From: Candidatus Latescibacterota bacterium
GTDB lineage: Bacteria; Latescibacterota; UBA2968; GCA-2709665
Reading direction: 5' to 3'
NCBI GenBank assembly: GCA_965237675.1
Contig: OZ250150.1
Coordinates: forward strand, 5,056,001 to 5,120,000
Length of the DNA stretch: 64,000 nt
Part shown: piece after piece, positions 45,886-55,530 of the stretch
Numbering within the stretch: position 1 is the first letter of the stretch
How the letters are laid out: the number at the start of each line of letters is the position of its first letter
Made by a program: the position numbers and the translations under genes
Notes under the pieces: generated by a model
What the model was told of the DNA's origin: nothing
The model's database searches: none
Seen by the model: the letters and a program-made list of their open reading frames with translations, nothing else

Positions 45886-47138
45886 ACCCCCAGCGCTTCA
45901 AACATAACGGCCTGCACACTGCGGGCCACTTCGGCCGCGTCGTGCCGTTGTACCGCGGAGACGCGCGCGGCCGAACCCATTCGTTGCCGCAACTCCCTAT
46001 TCTCAATCACCCTGAGGATGGTCTCCGCCAACCCCGTAACGTCGTTTGGCTTCACCAGAAATCCATTGTAGCCATCCCGTATCAACTCCGGAACGCCGCC
46101 AATTGCAGACCCAACCACCGGCGTGCCCAGGGCCAGAGATTCGATAACGCTGCGGGGGCAGGGGTCTGGCGCCACGGACGGCACAAGTGTGACATCCATA
46201 TCCTTCAGATACGGCCTGACGTCAGTTCGAAATCCCGTAAACCGGACCCGGCCCGAATATCGCCCGTTCGCGACCCTTCGGCGATAGTGATCCAGCAGAT
46301 TCAACGACCGTCGGGGGCTCCCGCCGACAACCACCAGAACGACGTCCTGCCGCTGAGCCAGAACATGCTCCATCGCCGACAGTAAAGTATCGATTCCCTT
46401 CCATTCTACAATACGACCGACGAAGCCCAGCACCACGTCGTCCGGTGCAATGCGGTACATCCGGCGCACACACCCCCGAATCCTCGCCGGGTCGAAACTG
46501 GCCAGGTCCGCGCCATTGTACACAACATGAACCTTCTCTTGCACCGACGGGAAATTCTCAGCACACGCCTGGGATACGGCAATAATCCTGGTCACGGTGG
46601 TTAACCGCGCGAGCCGGTCGAAAAACCAACCTCTGAAAGACGGGCCATAAAGGGTGCGGCAGTGCCAGACGACGGGGACGCCGCAAACCAAGCCCGCCAA
46701 CGTGCCCATCAGTTTAACCATCATCTGGTTGCAATAAACCAACGCAACACGCTCACGGGAGACCATGCAAATCAGATCAAATGTAAAGCGTACGCTATCG
46801 ATGGCATTCAGAACCGCGGAAACCATGAGGCAGACGCGGTTCTGCCTACGGAACCTCAACTCCATGAATCGTTCTTTCAACCTGGGTGTGATTCGGTAGC
46901 GGATCCGGTTCTCCGCAAGCTTTTTCTTCAACACACCCTCGTTCGGCATAACCACCAAGGGCTCGAATACTGCGGGATCGAGATGTTTCAACAGGTAATA
47001 AAGACTGTTCCCCGCCCCGCCCCGCCCGGTACATCCCGTGAGGAAGAGCACCTTGACCCTCTTCCTGCCGTTTCCGGCGTACAAATTGGGCGACGATACA
47101 CCTGCGTCGTCGCCCAATTTCCCGAAACACGCCAACAT
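45882..47138 (-). CDS. GT4 family glycosyltransferase
   Basis: VGRIVEWKG, DPCPRSVIESLALGTPVV (Ex7E-like, Asp first), GGVPELI; TGATG coupling to the upstream gene. Confidence 0.9.
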   Translation of the reverse strand: MLACFGKLGDDAGVSSPNLYAGNGRKRVKVLFLTGCTGRGGAGNSLYYLLKHLDPAVFEPLVVMPNEGVLKKKLAENRIRYRITPRLKERFMELRFRRQNRVCLMVSAVLNAIDSVRFTFDLICMVSRERVALVYCNQMMVKLMGTLAGLVCGVPVVWHCRTLYGPSFRGWFFDRLARLTTVTRIIAVSQACAENFPSVQEKVHVVYNGADLASFDPARIRGCVRRMYRIAPDDVVLGFVGRIVEWKGIDTLLSAMEHVLAQRQDVVLVVVGGSPRRSLNLLDHYRRRVANGRYSGRVRFTGFRTDVRPYLKDMDVTLVPSVAPDPCPRSVIESLALGTPVVGSAIGGVPELIRDGYNGFLVKPNDVTGLAETILRVIENRELRQRMGSAARVSAVQRHDAAEVARSVQAVMFEALGV

Positions 47139-48769
47139 CAGTTCAGCCGCCGGATAATGTGGTATCCCAGAGGTGTATGAACGACCCCGCTGGTCTCACC
47201 CACCCGCAATTTCAGCACCGCTTCCTCAAACGCAGGATTCAAATCGCCAGGCGAGAAAAACCCCAGATCGCCGCCGGTCTGCGCCGAAGCATCACCGGAG
47301 TGTTCCCTGGCCAGTACCCTGAAATCCTCGCCCGCCCTCAGCTTTTCAAGTACTTGTTGCGCCTCCGTTTCCGTTTCCACCAGAATATGATACACCCACA
47401 ACTTGCCTGACTGTATCCCTTCGATCTCGTCGATCTTTGTCTGCGCCGCCTGCTCGATCTCTTCGTTCGGACTGAAGGCCCCGGCCTTTTCAAACGCCCG
47501 CCTCGCCCGGTCAAACTCCCGTCTTGAAGTATGGGCAAGGCCCATATTGAAATGCACACCCGCGTTGGTGGAATCCACCGCCAATGCCCGATTGTAGACC
47601 ACGAGGGCCGAATCGAGGTCCTGCTGTCCCGCGTAAATCAATGCAAGATCTCCATACGGCTCCAGAATGTCCGGGCTTAATTGAATTGTAGCTTCCAGAG
47701 CCTTCTTGGCTTGCCCGATGTCCCCCTTCTGCAGGTAAACCTGCGCGACGCCGTACTGGAGGCGCGCCTGTTCCGCCTCCGGCGCTATCTCCATGATCAA
47801 ACGATACTCCCTCAGGGCCCGGTCCCAGTTCTGCTGAACGGTGTACAACCTGGCAAGCGCAGAACGTGTATCCAAATCGCCGGGCACCAACTGCGATACT
47901 CTCTCCCACGCTTCCCGTGCAACATCCAGCGAGTCCACCTCGGCCGCCATCTGCCCCATGGAACGGTGCACTTCCGGATCGTCCGGGGCCACGGAAACCG
48001 CGCGCCGGTACGCGGCAAAAGCTTCCGAACTCCGCCGCATCGAATGGTAGATGGCACCCTTGTTTACAAGCAAGGAAACGTCGTTGGGGTTTTTTCCCAA
48101 CTCCTCTTCGAGGACCGAAATCGCCCGTACATACAGTTGATTCGCTTCCTGGGGTTTACCCAATGCACCGTAGATTTGCCCCTGATTGATCATCAATACC
48201 ACACTCTCAGGGTTGCTCTGCAATCCCTGGCCGAAAACAGCAAGCGCTTTATCGGGGTCCTTGAGCGCGACATGCAACCCCGCCAGGGACTGGTATGCCT
48301 CGATGTTTTGCGGATCTAACGTAATCGCGGCCCTGAGATCCTGTACCGCCAGACCCGGATTACCGGCCTCCTGATACAGCATCGCCCTGTCCATCAGCAA
48401 GAGGACGGAATTGGGGATCTGGTGCAACCCCTTATTCAATACCTCCAGCGCCTCTCGGCCCCTGTTGAGTCGCGCATGAATCCTGAAAAGCGCATCGTAT
48501 GACGCCTCAAGATTCGGCCCCAACTCTACCGCTTTCTCAAAGGCGTCGATAGCGCCTTCGGCCTGTCCCATCTGCACGAATACCATCCCGAGGACACCAA
48601 AAGCATTTGCGCTGTCCGGAAACGTCTCCGCGAACAACCGCGCCGTGACCAGCGCGGAATCGGCTCTGCCCTGCGCACCATGGGTGCTGATCTCCGCCAG
48701 GAAATCCCGGGCAGCCACACCTTCACACCACAGTATCAGGCAACAAAATACAAAAATCGTCCGTTTCAA
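47138..48769 (-). CDS. Exported TPR-repeat protein with C-terminal parvulin (PpiC-type) PPIase domain
   Basis: Signal peptide, many TPRs, HILV...FRVLAREHS.D.SAQTGGDLGFF...FEEAV..TPLGYHII. Confidence 0.87.
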   Translation of the reverse strand: MKRTIFVFCCLILWCEGVAARDFLAEISTHGAQGRADSALVTARLFAETFPDSANAFGVLGMVFVQMGQAEGAIDAFEKAVELGPNLEASYDALFRIHARLNRGREALEVLNKGLHQIPNSVLLLMDRAMLYQEAGNPGLAVQDLRAAITLDPQNIEAYQSLAGLHVALKDPDKALAVFGQGLQSNPESVVLMINQGQIYGALGKPQEANQLYVRAISVLEEELGKNPNDVSLLVNKGAIYHSMRRSSEAFAAYRRAVSVAPDDPEVHRSMGQMAAEVDSLDVAREAWERVSQLVPGDLDTRSALARLYTVQQNWDRALREYRLIMEIAPEAEQARLQYGVAQVYLQKGDIGQAKKALEATIQLSPDILEPYGDLALIYAGQQDLDSALVVYNRALAVDSTNAGVHFNMGLAHTSRREFDRARRAFEKAGAFSPNEEIEQAAQTKIDEIEGIQSGKLWVYHILVETETEAQQVLEKLRAGEDFRVLAREHSGDASAQTGGDLGFFSPGDLNPAFEEAVLKLRVGETSGVVHTPLGYHIIRRLN

Positions 48770-48852
48770 CCCCACGCCTCCATTTGAAAAGTCAATCCAA
48801 AATCCTTCGTCATGTACTCTGATCGTTCCAGTTCCGCTATTCCGCGAATACC

Positions 48853-48881
48853 TTGACAAGTTCCGGGAATCCCCGTATAAT
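48853..48881 (+). promoter_or_regulatory. Consensus sigma70 promoter
   Basis: TTGACA-17 nt-TATAAT exact match. Confidence 0.85.
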
Positions 48882-48886
48882 CCTGA

Positions 48887-49040
48887 GGCTTTCGACCCAC
48901 CCGACGCCGCGGCGTCTTTTGACATGCTTCGGTGCCAGGCCTGCTGCTCGTGGAAACGTCGACCTCCTGGCAACAGTGCGGTCCCGGCCGCAGCAGGTGA
49001 CGATTGTCGCGCATCCCCCGGTTGGCGGCGACAAAGCGCC
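48887..49040 (+). ncRNA. Candidate structured RNA (6S-like or cis-regulatory leader)
   Basis: Directly after a consensus promoter; CCTGCTGC/GCAGCAGG stem enclosing two GNRA-capped hairpins; ends partly complementary; family not recognised. Confidence 0.35.
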
Positions 49041-49062
49041 CTTGAACCCCCAGTTTCCGTGT

Positions 49063-49686
49063 ATGAGCGTCCTTCAACGGGATCCCATTGCCGCCATACT
49101 GCTCTGTCTTGTGGCGAGTTATCTGGCGTACAACCATCTTCCGGAACGCATTCCCGTACACTGGGACGTTTTCGGACGCATCGACGTGGAGTTGAATAAA
49201 TTTGTGGGCGTCTTTCTGCATCCTGGCGCAATGACCCTCGTCTATATCTTCTTCCGTCTGATCCCGTATGCCGACAAGACCCGTGTGCGCCAGTTGAAAG
49301 AGATCGGCCTTTACGATCCGTTCCGCAACGGCGCGGTCCTCCTCTTCGGGTACAGCCATCTCCTTGTGCTGGGCATCGGTCTGGGGTGGGTAAACCGCGG
49401 GGCAAACCTTTTTGCCGGACTGCTCTCGCTTGCCGCCATCCTCACCGGAGACCACCTCAAAAACGTGCGTCCGGTACGGTTCGATCTTCTGCTCCGCAGG
49501 ATCGACATCTCCAACGCTCCGCCCATCCGGAAGGTCGTCTGTAATGTCCTCATCCTCTGTGGCGCGCTCGGGCAGTTAGGCACCGCAGCCGGCATCCTGC
49601 AAGTCGCCTGGCTTCTCTTGCCGCTGGGCGTCGGTTACATTCTTGTGCGCAGGCGCTTTCCCGCAGATCGGAAACCGGCGCCGTGA
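49063..49686 (+). CDS. DUF1648/SdpI-like membrane protein
   Basis: YNHLPERIPVHWDVFGRID motif plus several TM helices. Confidence 0.78.
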   Translation: MSVLQRDPIAAILLCLVASYLAYNHLPERIPVHWDVFGRIDVELNKFVGVFLHPGAMTLVYIFFRLIPYADKTRVRQLKEIGLYDPFRNGAVLLFGYSHLLVLGIGLGWVNRGANLFAGLLSLAAILTGDHLKNVRPVRFDLLLRRIDISNAPPIRKVVCNVLILCGALGQLGTAAGILQVAWLLLPLGVGYILVRRRFPADRKPAP

Positions 49687-50639
49687 CCGTGCTCAACGAA
49701 CGTCTCACCGTTCAAGCCGGAAGCCTCGCGCTGCTTACCGCTATCTTGTGGGGCGGTAACTCCATCGCCATCAAAATCGCCTTGGACGGCCTGCCTCCAC
49801 TAGCCCTGGCTGCCGCTCGCTTTCTTCTAGGCGGGCTGGCCGTAATGCTCTGGGCGATCTTCGCCCGCGTCCCCCTCGTCCGGCCCGGATCCGGCGAAAG
49901 ACGAGGTCTGTTTCAACTGGTGCTGCTCTTTATCGCACAAATCTATCTGCTCAACGCCGGTACACATTTCACGACGGCCGGTCGTTCAACTGTCTTCATT
50001 TCCACCTACCCTTTTTTTACTGCCGTCTTCGCCCATCTCTTCATGTCCGGTGACCGGCTCAGCCGGCTCAAAATTATGGGCATGGCACTCTCGTTTTCGG
50101 GGGTGGTCCTCGTTTTTGCCGAAAGCCTCACCAAAGGCCACCTCGGCTATCTGCTGGGCGACGTTATGGTCCTGATCAGCGGTCTGCTGCTTGGCGCCCG
50201 GCAGGTCTACACCAAGAAGCTCACCCAATCCATTCATCCCACCCGTCTTCTGTTGTGGCAAGCCGCCCTCAGCCTGCCCGTTTTCATCCTTCTCAGCGCC
50301 CTCCTCGAGAACCAGATCCCCTCACGCATCCGCCTGGACATCGTCGGTGCCATTTTCTACCAGGGTCTTGTGATTGCAGGGTTTTGTTTTCTTGTATCCG
50401 TTTCTCTCCTCCGGCGCTATAGAGCCAGTCGCCTGGGGGTGTTCGGTTTCGTCACTCCTGTCGTGGGCGTCGTGTTCAGTAACCTGCTGCTGGGCGAGGC
50501 GATCTCCGCGACACTTCTCAGCAGCGTGCTCCTGGTCGGTATCGGCGTCGCTATTGTCAATTCCGAGACCCGAAGAAAGTCCGGGGCAGTATGCGAAGAC
50601 AATGCTTCCGCAGATCGCGACCCGGGCGCGGGCTTATAG
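49683..50639 (+). CDS. DMT/EamA family transporter
   Basis: LWGGN..AIK, ~10 TM helices, LLGE; GTGA overlap with the upstream gene. Confidence 0.9.
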   Translation: MTVLNERLTVQAGSLALLTAILWGGNSIAIKIALDGLPPLALAAARFLLGGLAVMLWAIFARVPLVRPGSGERRGLFQLVLLFIAQIYLLNAGTHFTTAGRSTVFISTYPFFTAVFAHLFMSGDRLSRLKIMGMALSFSGVVLVFAESLTKGHLGYLLGDVMVLISGLLLGARQVYTKKLTQSIHPTRLLLWQAALSLPVFILLSALLENQIPSRIRLDIVGAIFYQGLVIAGFCFLVSVSLLRRYRASRLGVFGFVTPVVGVVFSNLLLGEAISATLLSSVLLVGIGVAIVNSETRRKSGAVCEDNASADRDPGAGL

Positions 50640-50652
50640 GCGTTTCATCCGT

Positions 50653-51996
50653 CTAAGTTGCCCCAACCATAACAAACGCCACGTCCGCGACATTGGTTCC
50701 CGTCGGACCCGTCATCACAAGATCGCCCAGCGGTTTAAAGAAGTGGTAGGCATCGTTGTTCTTTAAAGAATCGATCGCAGAAAGGCCCGCTGTTTCCGAA
50801 CGCGCGATCGTCTCGGCATCCGCGATCGCCCCCGCCGCGTCCGTCGGCCCGTCGGTTCCATCCGTCCCGCCGCTGAACAGTACCGTCCCGCTCCATCCCG
50901 ACAGATGCAAGGCGCCTGCAAGTACCAGTTCCTGGTTGCGTCCACCCTTGCCGCGTCCTCGAACGGTTACCGTTGTCTCCCCACCGGCAATCACACAGGC
51001 AGGCGCGGTCACAGGCGCCCCGGATGTGAGAATTTCCTTACCGATGGCCGAGTAAATGTGGGCGACCTCGCGTGCCTCACCCTCCAGCCGCGTGGACAGC
51101 ACCAACGTATTGTAACCCAGATCCCGAGCCCGTTCGTCGGCCGCGGCCACAGCCAGACCGTTACTGCCTACGACCACGTTGTGGCATCTCTCCAGCGCGG
51201 CGTCACCCGGCTTCGGCGTTTCCGGAATCTCTCCCGCCAGGCCTGCTTCGAACCGCTCCCGCACCGATTCCGGCAGGCGATCCGAAACCTCGTACTTCTG
51301 AAAAACCTCCATACAGGTCTTGAAGGTGGATGTATCGGGCACCGTGGGCCCCGATGCAATCACGTCCATCGGATCGCCGATTACGTCGGATAACATGAGT
51401 GACACCACCGTGGCAGGAAACGCCGCACGGGCAAGACCTCCGCCTTTTACCCTGGACAGATGCTTGCGGACCGCATTCAATTCCACAATATTGGCGCCGC
51501 ATTCGAGCAGCAGCCGGGTTGTCTCCCCTTTCTCCGACAGCGAGATACCGTCCGAGGGCGCAGGCATCAATGCCGAACCCCCGCCTGAAATCAGGCAAAT
51601 CACCAGGGTCCGGTCGGCGGCGGCCTCCAGCAGCGCCAGGACTCTCTGCGTCCCCCCGACACCCGCCTCATCCGGAACGGGATGGCCGCACTCCACGATG
51701 CGTATCCTGTCCAACGGCTCCGCATGCTCGTACTTGGTATTGATCACGCCATCCGAAATCCGGTCGCCCAGCACCGCCTCGAGCGCCACACCCATCCGGG
51801 GCGACGCCTTGCCGGTTCCCACCACCAGCACCCGGTCGAATGTCTCCAGATCGTAGTCGACGCCACCGATGCGGAGCGTCTGCCCGTCCAATCTCACGAA
51901 TCGTTTCATGCACTCCCGCGCGTCCACGGCCGCCACCGCCGATTCAAAGATCAACGCCGCGTCCGCGCGCATTTGGGCAACCGTGAACTCACCCAT
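50653..51996 (-). CDS. Glycerate 2-kinase (MOFRL/TtuD family)
   Basis: GKAS, GHPVPD, SGGGSAL, SDVIGD..IASGPT, GGETTV, GGRNQE, GTDGTDG, TGTNVAD. Confidence 0.93.
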   Translation of the reverse strand: MGEFTVAQMRADAALIFESAVAAVDARECMKRFVRLDGQTLRIGGVDYDLETFDRVLVVGTGKASPRMGVALEAVLGDRISDGVINTKYEHAEPLDRIRIVECGHPVPDEAGVGGTQRVLALLEAAADRTLVICLISGGGSALMPAPSDGISLSEKGETTRLLLECGANIVELNAVRKHLSRVKGGGLARAAFPATVVSLMLSDVIGDPMDVIASGPTVPDTSTFKTCMEVFQKYEVSDRLPESVRERFEAGLAGEIPETPKPGDAALERCHNVVVGSNGLAVAAADERARDLGYNTLVLSTRLEGEAREVAHIYSAIGKEILTSGAPVTAPACVIAGGETTVTVRGRGKGGRNQELVLAGALHLSGWSGTVLFSGGTDGTDGPTDAAGAIADAETIARSETAGLSAIDSLKNNDAYHFFKPLGDLVMTGPTGTNVADVAFVMVGAT

Positions 51997-52063
51997 GTTG
52001 AATGCTCCTCAAATACGAAGACCGGCTCGTCCCGCACGCCGGTTTACGACCCGGGCCAGGTAG

Positions 52064-54337
52064 CTACTGTCGAATATCGAAATTGATGGCCGCCCTGCCC
52101 GTCTGCCCGCTGTTTTCGTCGGTAACCGTAATCTTCAACAACTGCATCCCCGGTACGGTCGCTTCCATATCCAGTTCAAGGTGAGCCCGTTCGTCGGACT
52201 GTGTTCCGACATGATCGTATTCGATGCTGATGACGTTGCCCTCCTCACGCTTCCCGATCAGCCGCCCCAGGCCGCCCAATATCCGAGCGCCCACGTTTGT
52301 CCGACGCAAGGACCGTATCTGGTAGGAAATACGATATCGTGTCGCCCCGAATTCATCACGCGTGAGGTTATAAATCTCGTAATAAATAAACACCGGCTCG
52401 CCAGGGCGGTACGCTTTGGACGCCATCGGGATTACCTCGATATCGCCCTTTATAAAGCGCCCCCGCTCCGCCACATCGATCCGGGCGCCCATTTCCACGT
52501 CGCTCAACGTCAATGCCGCCACAGGATACGCCTTCAAAATGCGATCTTCCCGGTATATCTGAGTCCTGCCGGAATTGCGGTCCATCACCTGCACGTCTAC
52601 CCGGTAGGCGCCCGGAGGCAACAGGAGGCGATCTATCGCCGGAATGAACGCCCCGGCCGACGTGTCCACCAAACCCGAAGCGCGCAGGGTCATTTCATCG
52701 TCCATCCGATACACGGGCCTATTCTCGCCGTCGTAGACCGCAACACCCCGGACAAGATGCGCCAACCGCCCGGCATCGCCATCACGAAACGTCAAATCAC
52801 GAGTTGGAATCCCATAATAGACCTCCATCGCCGTCTTGTCATCGTCGCCCCGAAAAGAGGCCGTATAGAAATAAAAGTCCAGCGGTCCCGTGGCAAATGT
52901 CGGACGATAGGCAGTCGGTTGCCGGGCTACCTGATTGAGCATCACGGTCTCGGGGTTCATTCTTTGCCAGATTCTTGCGATCCGTCCGGTTCCCAGGGGC
53001 ATTCTCGCGAACTCGTACGGACCGGGAAAATTCGGCTGCACAAAGGTCATTTCGATACCCTGCCCCACGTGGGCATAAATCCAGTACTCCCAAATCCCTC
53101 CCACAGGGTAGACCGGCCGACCCAGAATGGACGACTGTGCGACCTGTCCCAGGAATCGTACCTCTTCCTTGAGGAGCTTCGCGCCGGCCGCTCCCGCCGA
53201 CGCCAGCAGACGATCCTTGACCGCCAGTACCCTGGGATCCGTCTCGAACCGGATATCTCCGGACCGGCTGACATGATCCGGTTCCCCAAAACGCACATAC
53301 ACTTCCCCGCGGTCGTCCCACGGGAATTTGTGCTTTCCGTGATTCTCCCTTGCCGTGGCCACTCGGCGATAATGCTCAACCAGACGCTCATTGGCGGCCG
53401 ATGCCGGCGCCGGATCCTGCCAGACCCAGAATTCCTCTGCCGCGGCCATCACCTCCTCCAACGATTTGGCGTCGGCATCATCCGCGGTACGGGTTACCAG
53501 ACTCAAATCGAAATAGAGCCTCTGCTCCTTGGGTTCCAGACGGTCAATATAGGCTTCGAACAACGCCTCCGACCGATCGTAATCCCGACGCCTCTGGTGG
53601 ATATCCGCCAGTTCCAGCACCGCACGTCGCTGGTGTGGGTTCCGGTTCTGGAACACCGCCTTCAGTTCAGCGATCGCCTGATCGGTCCGATCCTGCAGTT
53701 TCAGGACAACCCCCAGCCGCAACCGTGCCTCGTAGTGGTGTGCATTCGCCGAAATCTGATTCAGGTAGGCCTTTTCGGCATTCCCGTACTCGCCCTTGGT
53801 TTCTTCAATCACGCCAATCTGGAAAAACGCATCCGGGTGGCCCGGGTCCATTTTGACCACCTTGCGGTAGGCCCTGAGCGTTTCGCTGCTGCCGAACTGC
53901 CGGTACGTCTCAGCCAGATTGTACTGTGCTTCGACATAGGCCTTATCCGCCCGCAGCGCGTTCCGAAACGCATCGATCGCCTGACGAAGCCCTTTGGGTC
54001 GGCTGCGGAAGACGAGGCCCAGGCCGTTGAAGGCGGGCGCAAACCGCTTTTTTTTACGTAGCGCCTGCCGGAACATCTTTTCTGCCGCATCCAGATCGCC
54101 CCGTTGGAGATGGATGTGCCCGAGACCCACATAGGACGGCGCATGTTTGTCGTAAACGTCAATGGCCGATTGAAACGATTCGGCCGCCCGCTCGGACGCT
54201 CCCTCAGCCACCTGCGCGATCGCCTGTTTGTAAAGCGCCTCAGCCCGGGCGCGAGCGTCGTTGCCTTCGTCTCGCGCCTGTGCCGCCCCGACAAGCGCGA
54301 ACACCGTCCAGAACAACAGGGGCAGCCGCCTCATCAC
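52064..54337 (-). CDS. TPR + GWxTD-domain exported protein
   Basis: Signal peptide, TPRs, FWVWQDPAPASAANERLVEHYRR, PWDDRGEVYVRFGEPD, C-terminal VFIYYEIYNL. Confidence 0.85.
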   Translation of the reverse strand: MMRRLPLLFWTVFALVGAAQARDEGNDARARAEALYKQAIAQVAEGASERAAESFQSAIDVYDKHAPSYVGLGHIHLQRGDLDAAEKMFRQALRKKKRFAPAFNGLGLVFRSRPKGLRQAIDAFRNALRADKAYVEAQYNLAETYRQFGSSETLRAYRKVVKMDPGHPDAFFQIGVIEETKGEYGNAEKAYLNQISANAHHYEARLRLGVVLKLQDRTDQAIAELKAVFQNRNPHQRRAVLELADIHQRRRDYDRSEALFEAYIDRLEPKEQRLYFDLSLVTRTADDADAKSLEEVMAAAEEFWVWQDPAPASAANERLVEHYRRVATARENHGKHKFPWDDRGEVYVRFGEPDHVSRSGDIRFETDPRVLAVKDRLLASAGAAGAKLLKEEVRFLGQVAQSSILGRPVYPVGGIWEYWIYAHVGQGIEMTFVQPNFPGPYEFARMPLGTGRIARIWQRMNPETVMLNQVARQPTAYRPTFATGPLDFYFYTASFRGDDDKTAMEVYYGIPTRDLTFRDGDAGRLAHLVRGVAVYDGENRPVYRMDDEMTLRASGLVDTSAGAFIPAIDRLLLPPGAYRVDVQVMDRNSGRTQIYREDRILKAYPVAALTLSDVEMGARIDVAERGRFIKGDIEVIPMASKAYRPGEPVFIYYEIYNLTRDEFGATRYRISYQIRSLRRTNVGARILGGLGRLIGKREEGNVISIEYDHVGTQSDERAHLELDMEATVPGMQLLKITVTDENSGQTGRAAINFDIRQ

Positions 54338-54564
54338 CTGCCTCCTCGGTGGGATGACACCAGTGCCGAAGAATTGCCTTTATTGACATCTCGAGCGTAT
54401 TGAGCACGCCCGGGCAAACACGTAACGCGGGGTTTGCATCGCAATATCCGCGATTGGCGCCCCGTTTGTCGTTCGTGCATTGCGGCGGCGGCCATATAAC
54501 TCCGCCACCGCGAGCTAATGATACAAAAAACCCCTCAAAAACACAAGCACGGCCTGGCGACAGA

Positions 54565-55530
54565 TCACATCACGTCGCCCCGCTCCATACGCTCGAACAG
54601 GGGCCAATAATCCCGTATCCACACCAATGCCCGATCGTTGGACCGTTCCAGGTACGCGATTCGCATCCACAGAGTCAGGCCCCTCAGAACCGCCAGTCGC
54701 AGCGCATCGGAAAGCAGGGATTTCTCCTTTCCGGTCAATGCCGCCTCGTCATCGTACGCCCGCAAGAATGCAGCCATCTCCTCCCGTGTGAGCGGACTGT
54801 CCGCAACCACCGCCTGAAAAAACGCCAGGGCGTAAGCCAGATCACACAGCCGCGCGGCAAGACATGCCGTATCCAGATCCAGCACAGCGGCCACCCTCCC
54901 GCCCCGAAACAGCAGGTTCTGCGCACGGTAGTCCCCGTGAATAACCACGTGCCGCAATTCCGCCCATTCTCCTGCGCCTGCGCAGCTACCCAATACACTC
55001 CGAAAACGCTTCAACTCGGGGGCCACATCGCCCAATTTATCCAGCGCGCCCCATGTGGCCTCGAGTTCTCGCAAAACGCACTTATAGACGGGCTCGCCGG
55101 TCTGTCCCCCGGAAGCCGACATTCCAGATCCGATGGTATGAATCCTGCCCAACATCGCACCCGCATGTCCAATCTGCGCCAAATCGTGCGGCGTAAAGGC
55201 CTCGCCTTCGACGAATGTCCATAACTGAAACAGATTCTCACCCTCAACGACCAGAGTCATCCCATCTGTTGTGGAAATCAGTTCCGCCACGGGAATTCCC
55301 GAATCTCGCAACCGATCGCTCAACTGCGCGCCGAAACTTATCCGGTCGGCGGCCACCACGTCACTGTCGAATACTTTCAGCAAATAAGCCTCGGCGCCTC
55401 TCGTCAGGCGAACCGTCGTACTCGTCAGTCCGAACCGGACGTGATCCACCAGAACACGCAGACCGTACCGACGGAACACGATGCTCACAATCCGTTCCAA
55501 AGGCATCCGCAGGCTACTCCGGTACGCCAC
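54565..55530 (-). CDS. APH/type II homoserine kinase-like phosphotransferase
   Basis: YLLK, Brenner motif HGDYRAQN, VLDLD; overlaps the lysR 3' end. Confidence 0.85.
   Translation of the reverse strand: MAYRSSLRMPLERIVSIVFRRYGLRVLVDHVRFGLTSTTVRLTRGAEAYLLKVFDSDVVAADRISFGAQLSDRLRDSGIPVAELISTTDGMTLVVEGENLFQLWTFVEGEAFTPHDLAQIGHAGAMLGRIHTIGSGMSASGGQTGEPVYKCVLRELEATWGALDKLGDVAPELKRFRSVLGSCAGAGEWAELRHVVIHGDYRAQNLLFRGGRVAAVLDLDTACLAARLCDLAYALAFFQAVVADSPLTREEMAAFLRAYDDEAALTGKEKSLLSDALRLAVLRGLTLWMRIAYLERSNDRALVWIRDYWPLFERMERGDVM

Noticed and set aside
48887-49040. Assignment to SRP RNA or to NiCo, cobalamin or SAM riboswitches
   Set aside because: Only fragments match (GGCAACAG, AGCAG); full consensus elements are not seen
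48770-49405. N-terminal extension of the TPR-parvulin ORF to 755 aa
   Set aside because: Overlaps the opposite-strand promoter and DUF1648 gene; the signal peptide begins at 48769 after GGAGG
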